The translations under genes and the position numbers were made by a program. A stretch of 63,296 nucleotides of DNA, counting the filler, from Asterionella formosa (taxonomy: Eukaryota): the NCBI GenBank assembly GCA_002256025.1. It is 26 parts of 26 records of this genome, joined end to end, with 100 filler letters (N's around TTAATTAATTAA, not from the genome) between each part and the next. Parts side by side here need not be neighbours in the genome. Positions count along the whole stretch, not along the records: positions 14,131 to 38,243 come from NKIB01002307.1; 25 more parts are not named here. One strand, given 5' to 3'. This document shows, piece by piece, positions 24,910 to 34,679 of this stretch (the first letter of the stretch is position 1; each line of letters starts with the position of its first letter). Below the pieces are notes generated by a model. It was not told the DNA's origin. It made no database searches and saw only the letters and a list, made by a program, of their open reading frames with translations.

Positions 24910-26541
24910 TTATGTGAACTCAATAACCTCATAACGAGGTGCTATTGTAGGCTCCAAGTCGGTTCCGTCCTGTCTTGTTCGCTTCCACAACCACATGCTC
25001 CGTAACGCACTATCAATTTCTTCCACATTCATCCCACTAGTCTCTGGAACTGCCAAAAAGGCAAACACGACGCCGAATGCCGTCACTAATCCATACAGGA
25101 CAAAGACAGCACAAGAACCCAATATGGATTGCATGGAAAGGAACGTGGAGGTTACCAAGGTAGCTACAAGATATGTCACAACTGTGGCGGACCCGAGGGT
25201 GCGACCTCGAATGTTGGTCGGAACGAGTTCCGAAGTTAGTAACCAGGTCAATGGTCCAAATGAGAAGGAGTATCCTATGACGACACATAATACACCAATC
25301 ATTGCCCAAGGTATGCTGTCATAAGAAGTGACCAAGCCTTGTCGAAAGGCAATAGCAACAAGGAATTGACCAACGGCCAAAACTGACATTCCAATCAGAA
25401 GAAGTAGCCTGCGACCGACGTATTCTATCCTCCATATGACCAGAACTGTCACCGAAAGTTTAACAACGCCGATATATACCATCACCAAGGTGTTTTCCTT
25501 CTCCAAGGATGAAAAGATACTAGGTGTAAAGTTCAAGACTGACGCTTGTCCCGAAAGTTGTTGAAAGACTGCCAAGAAGAGTGCTATGCTAATTTGTTTG
25601 TGATAAAGCGAAATTGTTTCATAAAGTTTTCGATGCCGTCCTGATGAAGGCGATAATATCACCGTACTGGATAGAGTATCGCACTGGTCATCTGTGTTGG
25701 GCGAAGGTTGACCTCGTGCTGGGATGTCTAGTTGGTCGTTGGCTTCGGTTCCTCCTTCCTCATCAGTTGGAAGTTGTTCTTCACCTCCGTGAATCATTCT
25801 AAGAGCTGCATTGTGTTCCTCAATTCTTCCTTGCTCTTTCAACCATAGTGGGCTCTCTGGCAGGGTCCACATGCCAACCAGTTGCAACAGCGCTATGATC
25901 CCGCTAATGCCAAACATATAGCGCCACCCACTGGCACGTTCGTTCAGAAGAAAGCCAGCTAAAAAAGCAAAGAGAAACCCCAGAGAGATACAGCCTTCAT
26001 TGACACTTACCAATGAGCCTCTCCAGTCTACAGGAGCCATTTCATGTAGGTAGGCCACATCAGCAATCCCCGAAACAGAAATACCAAAGCCAACAACGAT
26101 CCGACCTAGATAGAGAACATGCACTGACGTCGCCAAGAACAATATGGCTGCACCTGCTATAAAAATCCCGTCGGTAATTAAAATGCCCGTCTTGCGTCCC
26201 AGTCTATCGCAGATAATCCCACCAAAGCACGCACCCAAGCCAGCACCTAAATAGAGAAGCCCTACGACGCCTTCTTGCTGTCGCTCAGATAGATGGAAAT
26301 CCTCCTTGAGTTGCGGCAGAGCACCAGCAACAACCCCCATATCATACCCAAATAGAATTCCACCAAGGGATGCCATGCATGTTGCTTTCACGACAAAGGG
26401 CGGAATCGACATGAGGGGGCCTTCTCGCTTTGCGGTCATGGTGGAAGTGACGACAGCTAATGTCAATGGAGTCAAGGGTGATTGTGGACTTGCTTCATCC
26501 AGTGCAGAAGCCCCTCTTCGTCGACGAGATGTCCAAGCCAT
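24910..26541 (-). CDS. MFS sugar porter (GLUT10/12-like)
   Basis: GGILFGYDMGV, DRLGRK, YLHEMAP..RG, PESPLWL, QQLSGQ, VGRRLLL, PETSG. Confidence 0.93.
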   Translation of the reverse strand: MAWTSRRRRGASALDEASPQSPLTPLTLAVVTSTMTAKREGPLMSIPPFVVKATCMASLGGILFGYDMGVVAGALPQLKEDFHLSERQQEGVVGLLYLGAGLGACFGGIICDRLGRKTGILITDGIFIAGAAILFLATSVHVLYLGRIVVGFGISVSGIADVAYLHEMAPVDWRGSLVSVNEGCISLGFLFAFLAGFLLNERASGWRYMFGISGIIALLQLVGMWTLPESPLWLKEQGRIEEHNAALRMIHGGEEQLPTDEEGGTEANDQLDIPARGQPSPNTDDQCDTLSSTVILSPSSGRHRKLYETISLYHKQISIALFLAVFQQLSGQASVLNFTPSIFSSLEKENTLVMVYIGVVKLSVTVLVIWRIEYVGRRLLLLIGMSVLAVGQFLVAIAFRQGLVTSYDSIPWAMIGVLCVVIGYSFSFGPLTWLLTSELVPTNIRGRTLGSATVVTYLVATLVTSTFLSMQSILGSCAVFVLYGLVTAFGVVFAFLAVPETSGMNVEEIDSALRSMWLWKRTRQDGTDLEPTIAPRYEVIEFT

Positions 26542-27417
26542 TGCAACATGGCCTTAGGAAATGCGCAGTGGCTGTGTTCGACTTTTATCGCAAGAAGCAT
26601 AGGTACATAGATCAAATCCATACCAGTATTTGCTTCGATCATTCGCTCTGTTTCATGCGTAAAAGAGAGCAACAATGTCAAATTCATAAATACTGGTATC
26701 ATACCGGTATATAAGCATGATCATAAAAGAACGCCATACATCATCACAGGCAGCCAGCCGCACGAAGATATTTTCAAATCATACGGCGGTACGACCAGGT
26801 AGGCAGGCGATCAACCCTCTACGCGCTATATGCAGCGCCTGTTAAGGTACCGGTGCCCTAATCGAGATATTTAGCTGAATTTTTGTCTAAGTCCCAAACG
26901 TGTTTACCGGGCCTTCCTGAACAGAGTATCAGGTATTCCTGGTACCAGGTGCCAGGTACAGCAGGAAGGGATGTACGGTAATATACGAGGAGATTCGAAT
27001 CACACGTGATCACAGGACAACAAGAGGTCGTATTTCATACCTAGTCTATATGACAAAAAATTGCATCGGATCGTCCTGCCTCCTCCTCATGCTAGAAATT
27101 ACAGATGTAACTATTAGCTCCCCCAATGTCCTCAAAAAGTTTGATAAATGAATACACTTCGTAAAAATTCACGAGTCTACAGGTAGGCTATTGTTACTTT
27201 GAAATGAAGAACCAGAGACCAGATACCTTCATGTTTCAGGCATATTTCTATTCTATTGAGGGACCTGTCAAAACACGCAGTATCATAACCAAAAGGTTCC
27301 CAATGGTGGGAGCCAAAAATTACTCGATTTCATCTAAAACTATATATTTTGGCAGACAGCAGAGTTGTACAGCTGTGTTCTTCGCGCAAAAGAATGTGAA
27401 CCAGCAGGATACAGAAC

Positions 27418-28785
27418 TTACTCGACTTCTTTGACAACCGCCTTGGCTCGATGAGATTCGTGCTTATAAGTACCAGGTTTTGAATGTTTGATACGGTTCG
27501 ATTGCTTTCGGTCTGTCTTTTCTTTTTGAATTTGCGTTTGAGCAATTTGCTTCTTGATGACTTTTGGTACCTTTCGTGATTTTGAAATTTTGGCCACTTC
27601 CGGCATGTGTTGAAATCGTTTGACAAGGGCCTGTCGATACTCTACAGCTGCCTGTTCTCGGGCTGTTCGCTGCCCCAGCTGCTCACTCGCAGTAGCCTTC
27701 CATAATCTAAGATTTGTGTCATCCGAACCAGAGACAATGTACTTATTGTCAAGTGTGTAGTGAACTGTAAAGACTCGCTGCATTCGCTTTGCATGATAAA
27801 TATCTCGCGACGTTCCTCCCTTTTGCGGAAAGATTCGAAGTGTCCTATCGTATGATCCCGTGACAAATTCCCTACCTGCAGGAGACCAGGAAACACTCAT
27901 AATGGCACTTGTATGTCCGCGAAAGATGCGTGTTGGAGCCTTTAGGTTTCGCATGTCAAACGTATATGCACAATGATCTTCATTACCGACGACAAAATTC
28001 ATGGGTTCCATGGGATTCCATTCCAGGCAGTTGGATCTCATTTGCAGGATAGTTTTCTTGAGAGCTGACCCTGCACGGGTATCGTGGAGACCAATACCTC
28101 GATCCGCAGAGCAATGTGCTAGCAAACATCTTTCTGCAGGATTGTAGCGCACCACGTTGACTGTATCGGCAGAGCCCCACAGATCTGAGTGTCTCTGGAT
28201 AGGAGCAGACCGTTCTGGCGACCATATGCTGACGGCGTCGTCCGAAGCAGTGGCAAATTCACTGTCGAACCAGTGATGGTCGATTGACTTGAAGGATCCA
28301 TTTGTTCTCCACGTCTCAAGCGGGTCGTGCGTCATTTCACCAGTTTCCTCGTTTCTTGAGCCAGAGATGGACCAACACCGAACCAAACCATCATCTCCGC
28401 ACGAATAAAAGCGCTGTCCATCCAGTCCAAAAACTAATCCTGTTACTACTCTTGAGTGTCCCCCAGACAGGACGGCCACCTCCGTTCGACTCGTCAAATC
28501 CCATAATTTAACTTCCCCGTCCGCCGACCCACTCACAAAGGGTACTAACGCTCTTCTCGACGTGGCTGACGCCGTCACGGCATCGGTATGTCCATTTCCG
28601 AGGTTTCCAATCAAAGGCTTGGCAAACATGCGATCGATTTTGGCCGATGTGACTGCTCGGGTGTATTCGCGAGCTCGCTGAAACGGGTGGTTTGCAGGAT
28701 CCAAGTTACGATGATGCATGCGAAGATCACCTGAACATTCTCTTGATGTCGCAGCATGGGAACGGGAGAGCGCCTTGACCTTCAT
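27418..28785 (-). CDS. SOF1: SSU processome WD40 protein Sof1/DCAF13
   Basis: MKVKALSR, HPFQRAREYTRA, WNPMEPMNF, SRDIYHAKRMQRVF, SGSDDTNLRLWKA. Confidence 0.96.
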   Translation of the reverse strand: MKVKALSRSHAATSRECSGDLRMHHRNLDPANHPFQRAREYTRAVTSAKIDRMFAKPLIGNLGNGHTDAVTASATSRRALVPFVSGSADGEVKLWDLTSRTEVAVLSGGHSRVVTGLVFGLDGQRFYSCGDDGLVRCWSISGSRNEETGEMTHDPLETWRTNGSFKSIDHHWFDSEFATASDDAVSIWSPERSAPIQRHSDLWGSADTVNVVRYNPAERCLLAHCSADRGIGLHDTRAGSALKKTILQMRSNCLEWNPMEPMNFVVGNEDHCAYTFDMRNLKAPTRIFRGHTSAIMSVSWSPAGREFVTGSYDRTLRIFPQKGGTSRDIYHAKRMQRVFTVHYTLDNKYIVSGSDDTNLRLWKATASEQLGQRTAREQAAVEYRQALVKRFQHMPEVAKISKSRKVPKVIKKQIAQTQIQKEKTDRKQSNRIKHSKPGTYKHESHRAKAVVKEVE

Positions 28786-29347
28786 GGGGAAATTTGAGCT
28801 CCTCCACTGACATGAAATGAACAAATTTGTCAACACAAAAATATCAAATATGGTTTTATATTTTATATGTACGAGCCATTCTTCAACGGTATTTCACATC
28901 AATCAGGTGGCTCGTACAAGGTACCAGGTACCAGGTACAAGGAAACTACTGAAGGCCTGGTACTACGTCAGGCCTAACAGTCGTATCTGTCATATTTTCA
29001 TTTACCCTACCTACCGGTACCGGCACAGGTAGTTCAGCCATGAATAGTAAACCGCCATTTCTTTTGCTTATGATTTTATCATAAAGTCATATTGAGGGAA
29101 TGGGTGGCCAGCATGCATTCCTGTGTACAATACTCCTTGCTTAAAGGAATTACTAGTGAGAATCTCTGTTTTTATGTATAGGTGGCGATTTAATCGCTGA
29201 ATCATGCTATGAATTGAAGACGTTCTCTACTTAAGATGAAATTAGCACCTGACCGGACACACGTTCACGGTTCAGGAAAATGACCGCAACTTGCTGCTCC
29301 ATACAAATGCTTTTCTCCAGCTTGCAAATGGAAGAGTTGATTCAGAT

Positions 29348-30373
29348 ATGATGGTACGGATGAGCCCCCAAATGGCATCAGACCAAAGGAAAAAGGCGCA
29401 ACTTTCGCGCCGTTGTACTATTATTGTTGGTAGCTTGATTGTTGCTATCGCTGCTTTCAAAAGCTTGATTAAAATCCTGCGACGAGCGGAGCCACAATCA
29501 ACTTTGTCCATCAAACCGTTTCGTGGAAATGATGACCCAATTTTCCCGAAACCATGGGCCGAGGATGAACTTGACTGGTGGGCTCTTCATCGGGCCCGGT
29601 TAGAGAAGATCAACGATTCAGATGCGCTACCGACTATTGGTGACACTAATTCAACAATAAAACTGTGGCCACAGCTCTTGTTCTATGGCGACAGCATCAC
29701 GGAGGGATGGGAGGGAACTAACCTGGGCAATGTACCCCGATCAAATAGAATGTGGGTAAAGGGTGAAGACCAGTCTATGCGTGATGTTTTTCATGCGTAC
29801 TTCGGAACAATCCCCGCGGTAAAACCTCCGTTGACTCTAGGGGCCAGTGGTGATCAGACGCAACATTTGCTCTGGAGGCTACAAAATGGCGAGCTGCCAT
29901 CCTCGAAGAATGGTGCTATCCCAATGATAGCCATTGTCATGATTGGAACCAACAATCTTGGTGCAGGAATGTTTCCGAACTCCACCCTCCTAGGAATTGC
30001 TGCTGTCTGTCGGTATCTGCTACAAAATGGAGGCAGCAAGATGGATTTATTAATAAGTGAACTGTTTCCTCGCCATGATAGTTTCCGCCTCCAAAAGCTG
30101 TGTCCACCTCGTTGCAATCCAAGCACTGGAAAATCCTTTGAGTCGTTTGTACCGGCCATTCGCAAAGTCAATGCCGGCTTAGCAGGCTTGGTAGAGGAAC
30201 TCAAACTCGAGTTTTCGGGTAGACGTATTGCTATTTCTTATTGTGGAGGAATCTTCACGAATGATGACGAAGAAATCATGCCAGATCATTTGCATCCCAA
30301 CTCCAAAGGTCAGGACCTGTGGGCAAAGTGCCTGCTAAAGGATCTTTTCAATCTCACAGCAAACGGCAAATAG
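29348..30373 (+). CDS. SGNH/GDSL hydrolase, PAF-acetylhydrolase Ib-like, with an N-terminal membrane anchor
   Basis: FYGDSITEGW, GASGDQTQHLLWRL, MIGTNN, MPDHLHPN. Confidence 0.88.
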   Translation: MMVRMSPQMASDQRKKAQLSRRCTIIVGSLIVAIAAFKSLIKILRRAEPQSTLSIKPFRGNDDPIFPKPWAEDELDWWALHRARLEKINDSDALPTIGDTNSTIKLWPQLLFYGDSITEGWEGTNLGNVPRSNRMWVKGEDQSMRDVFHAYFGTIPAVKPPLTLGASGDQTQHLLWRLQNGELPSSKNGAIPMIAIVMIGTNNLGAGMFPNSTLLGIAAVCRYLLQNGGSKMDLLISELFPRHDSFRLQKLCPPRCNPSTGKSFESFVPAIRKVNAGLAGLVEELKLEFSGRRIAISYCGGIFTNDDEEIMPDHLHPNSKGQDLWAKCLLKDLFNLTANGK

Positions 30374-30913
30374 CGACGAGATGGCAAACTGCACCATCTC
30401 AAAACTCTATTTTCTATAACATGGGATCAAAGTATAGTCATAGAAACGGTCCATGCCGTGGTTTTGTTGAATTTGTTACATTCTAGGCCTGTCGGTACAA
30501 CATGGCAGTACTCAATACCACCTGGTACTGTACTATTGCTATCTTACAAGAGTAATCATTCATCGTTTTGCCGCGGTATTTGTAACGTACTACGTGTTGA
30601 CGGGTCAAGGTATGATAATCCTCACGAATCATACGATACTCACCTGCGATACCGGTACACGCGCGCGAATTTTTCTTTTTTCCATCAAGTCGATTGATTG
30701 CAGCTTCTTCTTTTCCAGGAGATCATATTTATTATATTCATACGCGTATATTATATAAGAGGGAGCAATTCGTTTCATCTCATTATCTACCGTGAACACC
30801 CCTAATACCGGTTTGCATTATTTAGCCAGTAACCTCCATCACACAGCAGCAAGAAAAACGGTTGCGAGCAATGTCATCTAACAAATGAATACGTGAGCTG
30901 TGAATCGACCGCC

Positions 30914-32671
30914 ATGACGAATTCCAACGGCAGCACCTACAACTTCGCTGGCAACTACAATGAAGACTTTTCCCAAGGACCTACGCTTGCTCCTTTGCAG
31001 CATCACGACACGCAACCGCCACAACCTCCCAAGAAAGCCAAACACCGTCGCAAACGACATGTTCCTCCAGGCCCAGCAGGGCTCTGGTATCAATCGCAAC
31101 TCCACAAGTCTAGCGCACCGCGTAACAGTGTGCAGCAAGACTCGGAACAAGACGGCACAGCCACCGCTGACGTCTCCAGCTGCCCCGCGTGGATGTGTAT
31201 GCAGCTATCGGCCGATCTCTTGACTCCATTTTTGCCGCCGTACTTTACGGCCAAGCAGCGATACAATGTTTTGAGGAAGATAGTTCCGAACGAGTACACC
31301 TTTTTAGAGGAGATTCAGAGACCCGAACACGAGTTGAACATTTCCAGAAAACTCATTGTGTTGGTGCACGCCATTCAATGTCATTCATACTGCGACTGGA
31401 CCGTGGACCTACGAGATGAGTGTGGATCCCACATCAAGGCATGGTGTAGTCCGACGCTAGTTACGAGAGAGCAAGAACAACCGAAGTTATTACGGCCAGC
31501 CGTTGTTTGGTGCTTGCAAAATGTAACGATTCTACCGTCATTTGAAGGAGAGTTGTGGTTGCTACTAAACGAGGAGTCCTTTCAGAGTATTTGGGCTGCA
31601 GAGACTGTATCTGACGAGGCCTATTTGGAATGGATGGGAAAGCGCGAAAAAATACAGTTTGAACAAAAGGATTTAGATCCAGAGCAAGACGAAGATTTTA
31701 GTAAGGCCGAGTCAAGTCGACAGGATTCCAGTCAATCTGAAGGGGAAGATAACGATTATCTTGGTATAGCCCAACAGCAAAACCTCGCGATGAATGCCAG
31801 TACAGAACCTCCCACTGAAATCGGACTTCCAATAATTGATGTGAACGCAACATCCTTTATGCCAAGTCAAGCTCAAAGAAATCCGATTGACGATATCTTT
31901 CCGTGCAGTGCAGTTGCTGAACTTGATTCACATGTTCCATGTCAAGACCATGCCGCTAGCGACGACATGAGTCGCTTGCCTATTCTAAAGCCTATGCGAC
32001 AACAGAAACCGCCACTTCCGACCCCGTATCAAGCTCAGCAACCGCCAGTTCTGTTGCAACGAAATAAGTCACCGCCGTTCGTCAACCAGACAGTGTCACC
32101 TGCCAACTTGCAAGCTTCACTATCATGTTCAAGTCCAAATGATTTGTCCTTGCCTCAAAATGCAATTCCAGGTTCAGAGGCTGCTCCACAGAAAAATTTT
32201 GTGGAATTCAAACACACCTCGGGATCAGTCGATCATCAAACGCAACATAATAGCTGTCCTCGAAAAGAAACATCAAAAAGCAAGGAACGAAAAGTAGATC
32301 TTGGTGCCTTTACAGCTAGGTCACTGTCACTTAAGCCAATGAGGAGCACCAATTCGATGACCCCTCAAAAAGAAAAGGTCGGCGCCAACACGAAGAAAGC
32401 TCAAAAGTCTTCAAAGCTTTGGGAGGCTGCAATTGATGATGACATGATAGGCATCTTCGATGAGGAGAACGAATCAATTGCAATGGTTGTCGAAACAACG
32501 ATAGAGAAGTGTGCGCCAATAGTGTGGAATCATCAGCAAATTGAAGAAAGCAAAGATTCGAAAGGACCCAAGAGCCTAGAAGAACGAATGGGACAAGGAA
32601 ACTTTGTTTCAATGTTTGATGAAAGCAACTTTGGTGGCATGGACATGGATGATCTTTTCGCGGACGATTAA
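30914..32671 (+). CDS. HROB/MCM8IP-like (DUF4539) OB-fold protein
   Basis: PPGPAGLW motif, then VDLRDECGSHIKAW..LRPAVVWCLQNVTIL..LLLNEESF; long disordered tail. Confidence 0.65.
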   Translation: MTNSNGSTYNFAGNYNEDFSQGPTLAPLQHHDTQPPQPPKKAKHRRKRHVPPGPAGLWYQSQLHKSSAPRNSVQQDSEQDGTATADVSSCPAWMCMQLSADLLTPFLPPYFTAKQRYNVLRKIVPNEYTFLEEIQRPEHELNISRKLIVLVHAIQCHSYCDWTVDLRDECGSHIKAWCSPTLVTREQEQPKLLRPAVVWCLQNVTILPSFEGELWLLLNEESFQSIWAAETVSDEAYLEWMGKREKIQFEQKDLDPEQDEDFSKAESSRQDSSQSEGEDNDYLGIAQQQNLAMNASTEPPTEIGLPIIDVNATSFMPSQAQRNPIDDIFPCSAVAELDSHVPCQDHAASDDMSRLPILKPMRQQKPPLPTPYQAQQPPVLLQRNKSPPFVNQTVSPANLQASLSCSSPNDLSLPQNAIPGSEAAPQKNFVEFKHTSGSVDHQTQHNSCPRKETSKSKERKVDLGAFTARSLSLKPMRSTNSMTPQKEKVGANTKKAQKSSKLWEAAIDDDMIGIFDEENESIAMVVETTIEKCAPIVWNHQQIEESKDSKGPKSLEERMGQGNFVSMFDESNFGGMDMDDLFADD

Positions 32672-34263
32672 AATCGCTGTAGAACATAGAGACCATAGTA
32701 CAAAAAGCATTCGATCTTGGTGCGAAATGATGGTTGTCTCCGCTTGTCATTATCAGCAGTTGACATCAACTCTAGCGGATTTTTATCGTCTTTCAATATA
32801 ACTCGGACTGCACTTTCCTGCATTTCGTTCCCAGCATAATTAATATTTAGTAGCCAGTACTTGTCATACGTCTCATTATTGGGGCTGTAATAATTTCTGA
32901 CTTGATCAATGGAAACGACGTGAGCCAATGGATTTCGGATGTAGTCAGAGGCTGGATCCCAAGACAGCGACCACCCTTCTGGACGTTCAAATGACAAGAC
33001 ATGAACAACTTGACAGCCAAACATTTCCGATAACTTTTTGTCTATTTCGTTTCCTTCATCATTCATCCCTAATTCATCATCGTCTTGGTAATCTTGTGGT
33101 TCCTCGTCGCATTCGTTTTGTTCGTCATCTTCGTCGATGTCATTCCACTCTCCATTCCCGTCCTCCTTGGAAAGATCCAATCTTGGTGGAAACCTCACGA
33201 CAGGAGGAAGGATGGCCTCGGCTCCGTTTTGTTTGATAAATCCTTCTATTTTTTCAGGCAAATCATTCAACAGCTTCTCCAAATGTTCTAATGCTGTGTC
33301 TCGCGCACTGGTCGGTCCACTTACGATTGTTTCTCTCCAGGCATCATCTTGCAACAAGAAATGCTGAATAGCCTGTGCAGTGACAGCGGCGTAGTTTGTT
33401 GCCATCAGGCTGACATTGATACTTACACCTGGTTCCAATGTTTCTACCTTATGCCACATTCCAGCTGGGAAGTAAAGCATATCACCAGGTGTAAGAGTGA
33501 CAGATTGTGTCTTTCCTACCGAATTAGTAGCGTTGTCGGGTGGCCCGAAGGTAAAGGTGTCGTGCGACAAATGAGCCGCCTTGAGTTGGGATTCGACGGT
33601 ATCGGGGGAAGCATAGTGGGGCGTACATCCACGAAGCGGATACTTGATGGTAGATGACTGTAAGTTCCATCTCTTGCTTCCCGATAGTTGGATGGTAAAA
33701 TTTTCTTGAAAATCATAATGCCAATCCGTCGTGTGGCCGGTCGTTCCGAAGAACACTTCAACTTCGCCACGGCCAAGAGATGTGCTGGATTGTCCCGTCG
33801 GATCAAACCCTCCACATCCTAATCCAGTCCCTCGTAGCAGATGATATACCATGGGTTGCTCGACAGTGGGTGGCGCGCGACAATATGTGGCATGGCCTGC
33901 CCTGTGAAGCGCAATGGCGTGTTCCACGTCCTGCAGTTCGAGCGATGAAATCTTCCCGTCCGGCTGTGTCAGCCAGAGAAAGACGTGTTCTGATGACGTT
34001 TCCCTAAAGATAGACTCCGCTTCCAAGTCGTACATGTTTGTTGCGATGAGTTCGGTTACTCTGGACGCGTCATTGTGCACATATAGTGCCTTGCTTCGAA
34101 AGATTCGGGTCAAGAAGTCGTTCGAGGAAAATGGCGCAATCATTTGCTCCAACAGATCTGAGTCATGAATATCAAAGGGACGTGCGCCTTGGCATCCATG
34201 TGCGACAATCACAGGATCGTTTTCATCGCTCCGCCGTTGTTTTTTTGTTCCAGCTTCCATCAT
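32668..34263 (-). CDS. JmjC/cupin 2-oxoglutarate-Fe(II) oxygenase (RIOX/NO66-like)
   Basis: WHYDFQENFTIQLSGSKRW (HxD) and PGDMLYFPAGMWHKV (distal H). Confidence 0.85.
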   Translation of the reverse strand: MMEAGTKKQRRSDENDPVIVAHGCQGARPFDIHDSDLLEQMIAPFSSNDFLTRIFRSKALYVHNDASRVTELIATNMYDLEAESIFRETSSEHVFLWLTQPDGKISSLELQDVEHAIALHRAGHATYCRAPPTVEQPMVYHLLRGTGLGCGGFDPTGQSSTSLGRGEVEVFFGTTGHTTDWHYDFQENFTIQLSGSKRWNLQSSTIKYPLRGCTPHYASPDTVESQLKAAHLSHDTFTFGPPDNATNSVGKTQSVTLTPGDMLYFPAGMWHKVETLEPGVSINVSLMATNYAAVTAQAIQHFLLQDDAWRETIVSGPTSARDTALEHLEKLLNDLPEKIEGFIKQNGAEAILPPVVRFPPRLDLSKEDGNGEWNDIDEDDEQNECDEEPQDYQDDDELGMNDEGNEIDKKLSEMFGCQVVHVLSFERPEGWSLSWDPASDYIRNPLAHVVSIDQVRNYYSPNNETYDKYWLLNINYAGNEMQESAVRVILKDDKNPLELMSTADNDKRRQPSFRTKIECFLYYGLYVLQRF

Positions 34264-34679
34264 GGGGACGATGAGATGAATCTAAAATCTATCATCTTTT
34301 TATGTAATAAATAAAAATAATGTAGAGGATGTCTATGAGCGAATGATAAAATGGATGGTTCTGATTTTTCGACACGACGAGATCGTGCTTGTTTCTTGAT
34401 GATCTCACGGTGATGTGTACATGTGTCGTAAGTATGGTACTGGTACCAGGTACCAGGTCCAATATACAGTTTCTGTACAGTGGTTATATTCAATATATGT
34501 ATATGAATATTCATATGATGCGAATATGGTGATGTACCAGCAGGGTAGACTACCGGTACCTGGGGTACCAGGAACTTGGTACTGGTACCGTGGTTAATGA
34601 TGTCTGCATCAGCTTTGCCATGACCAACATAAACTATCACTGCCCAATCTTTCACTCATGATTGGCTGACTTCGTCGAC

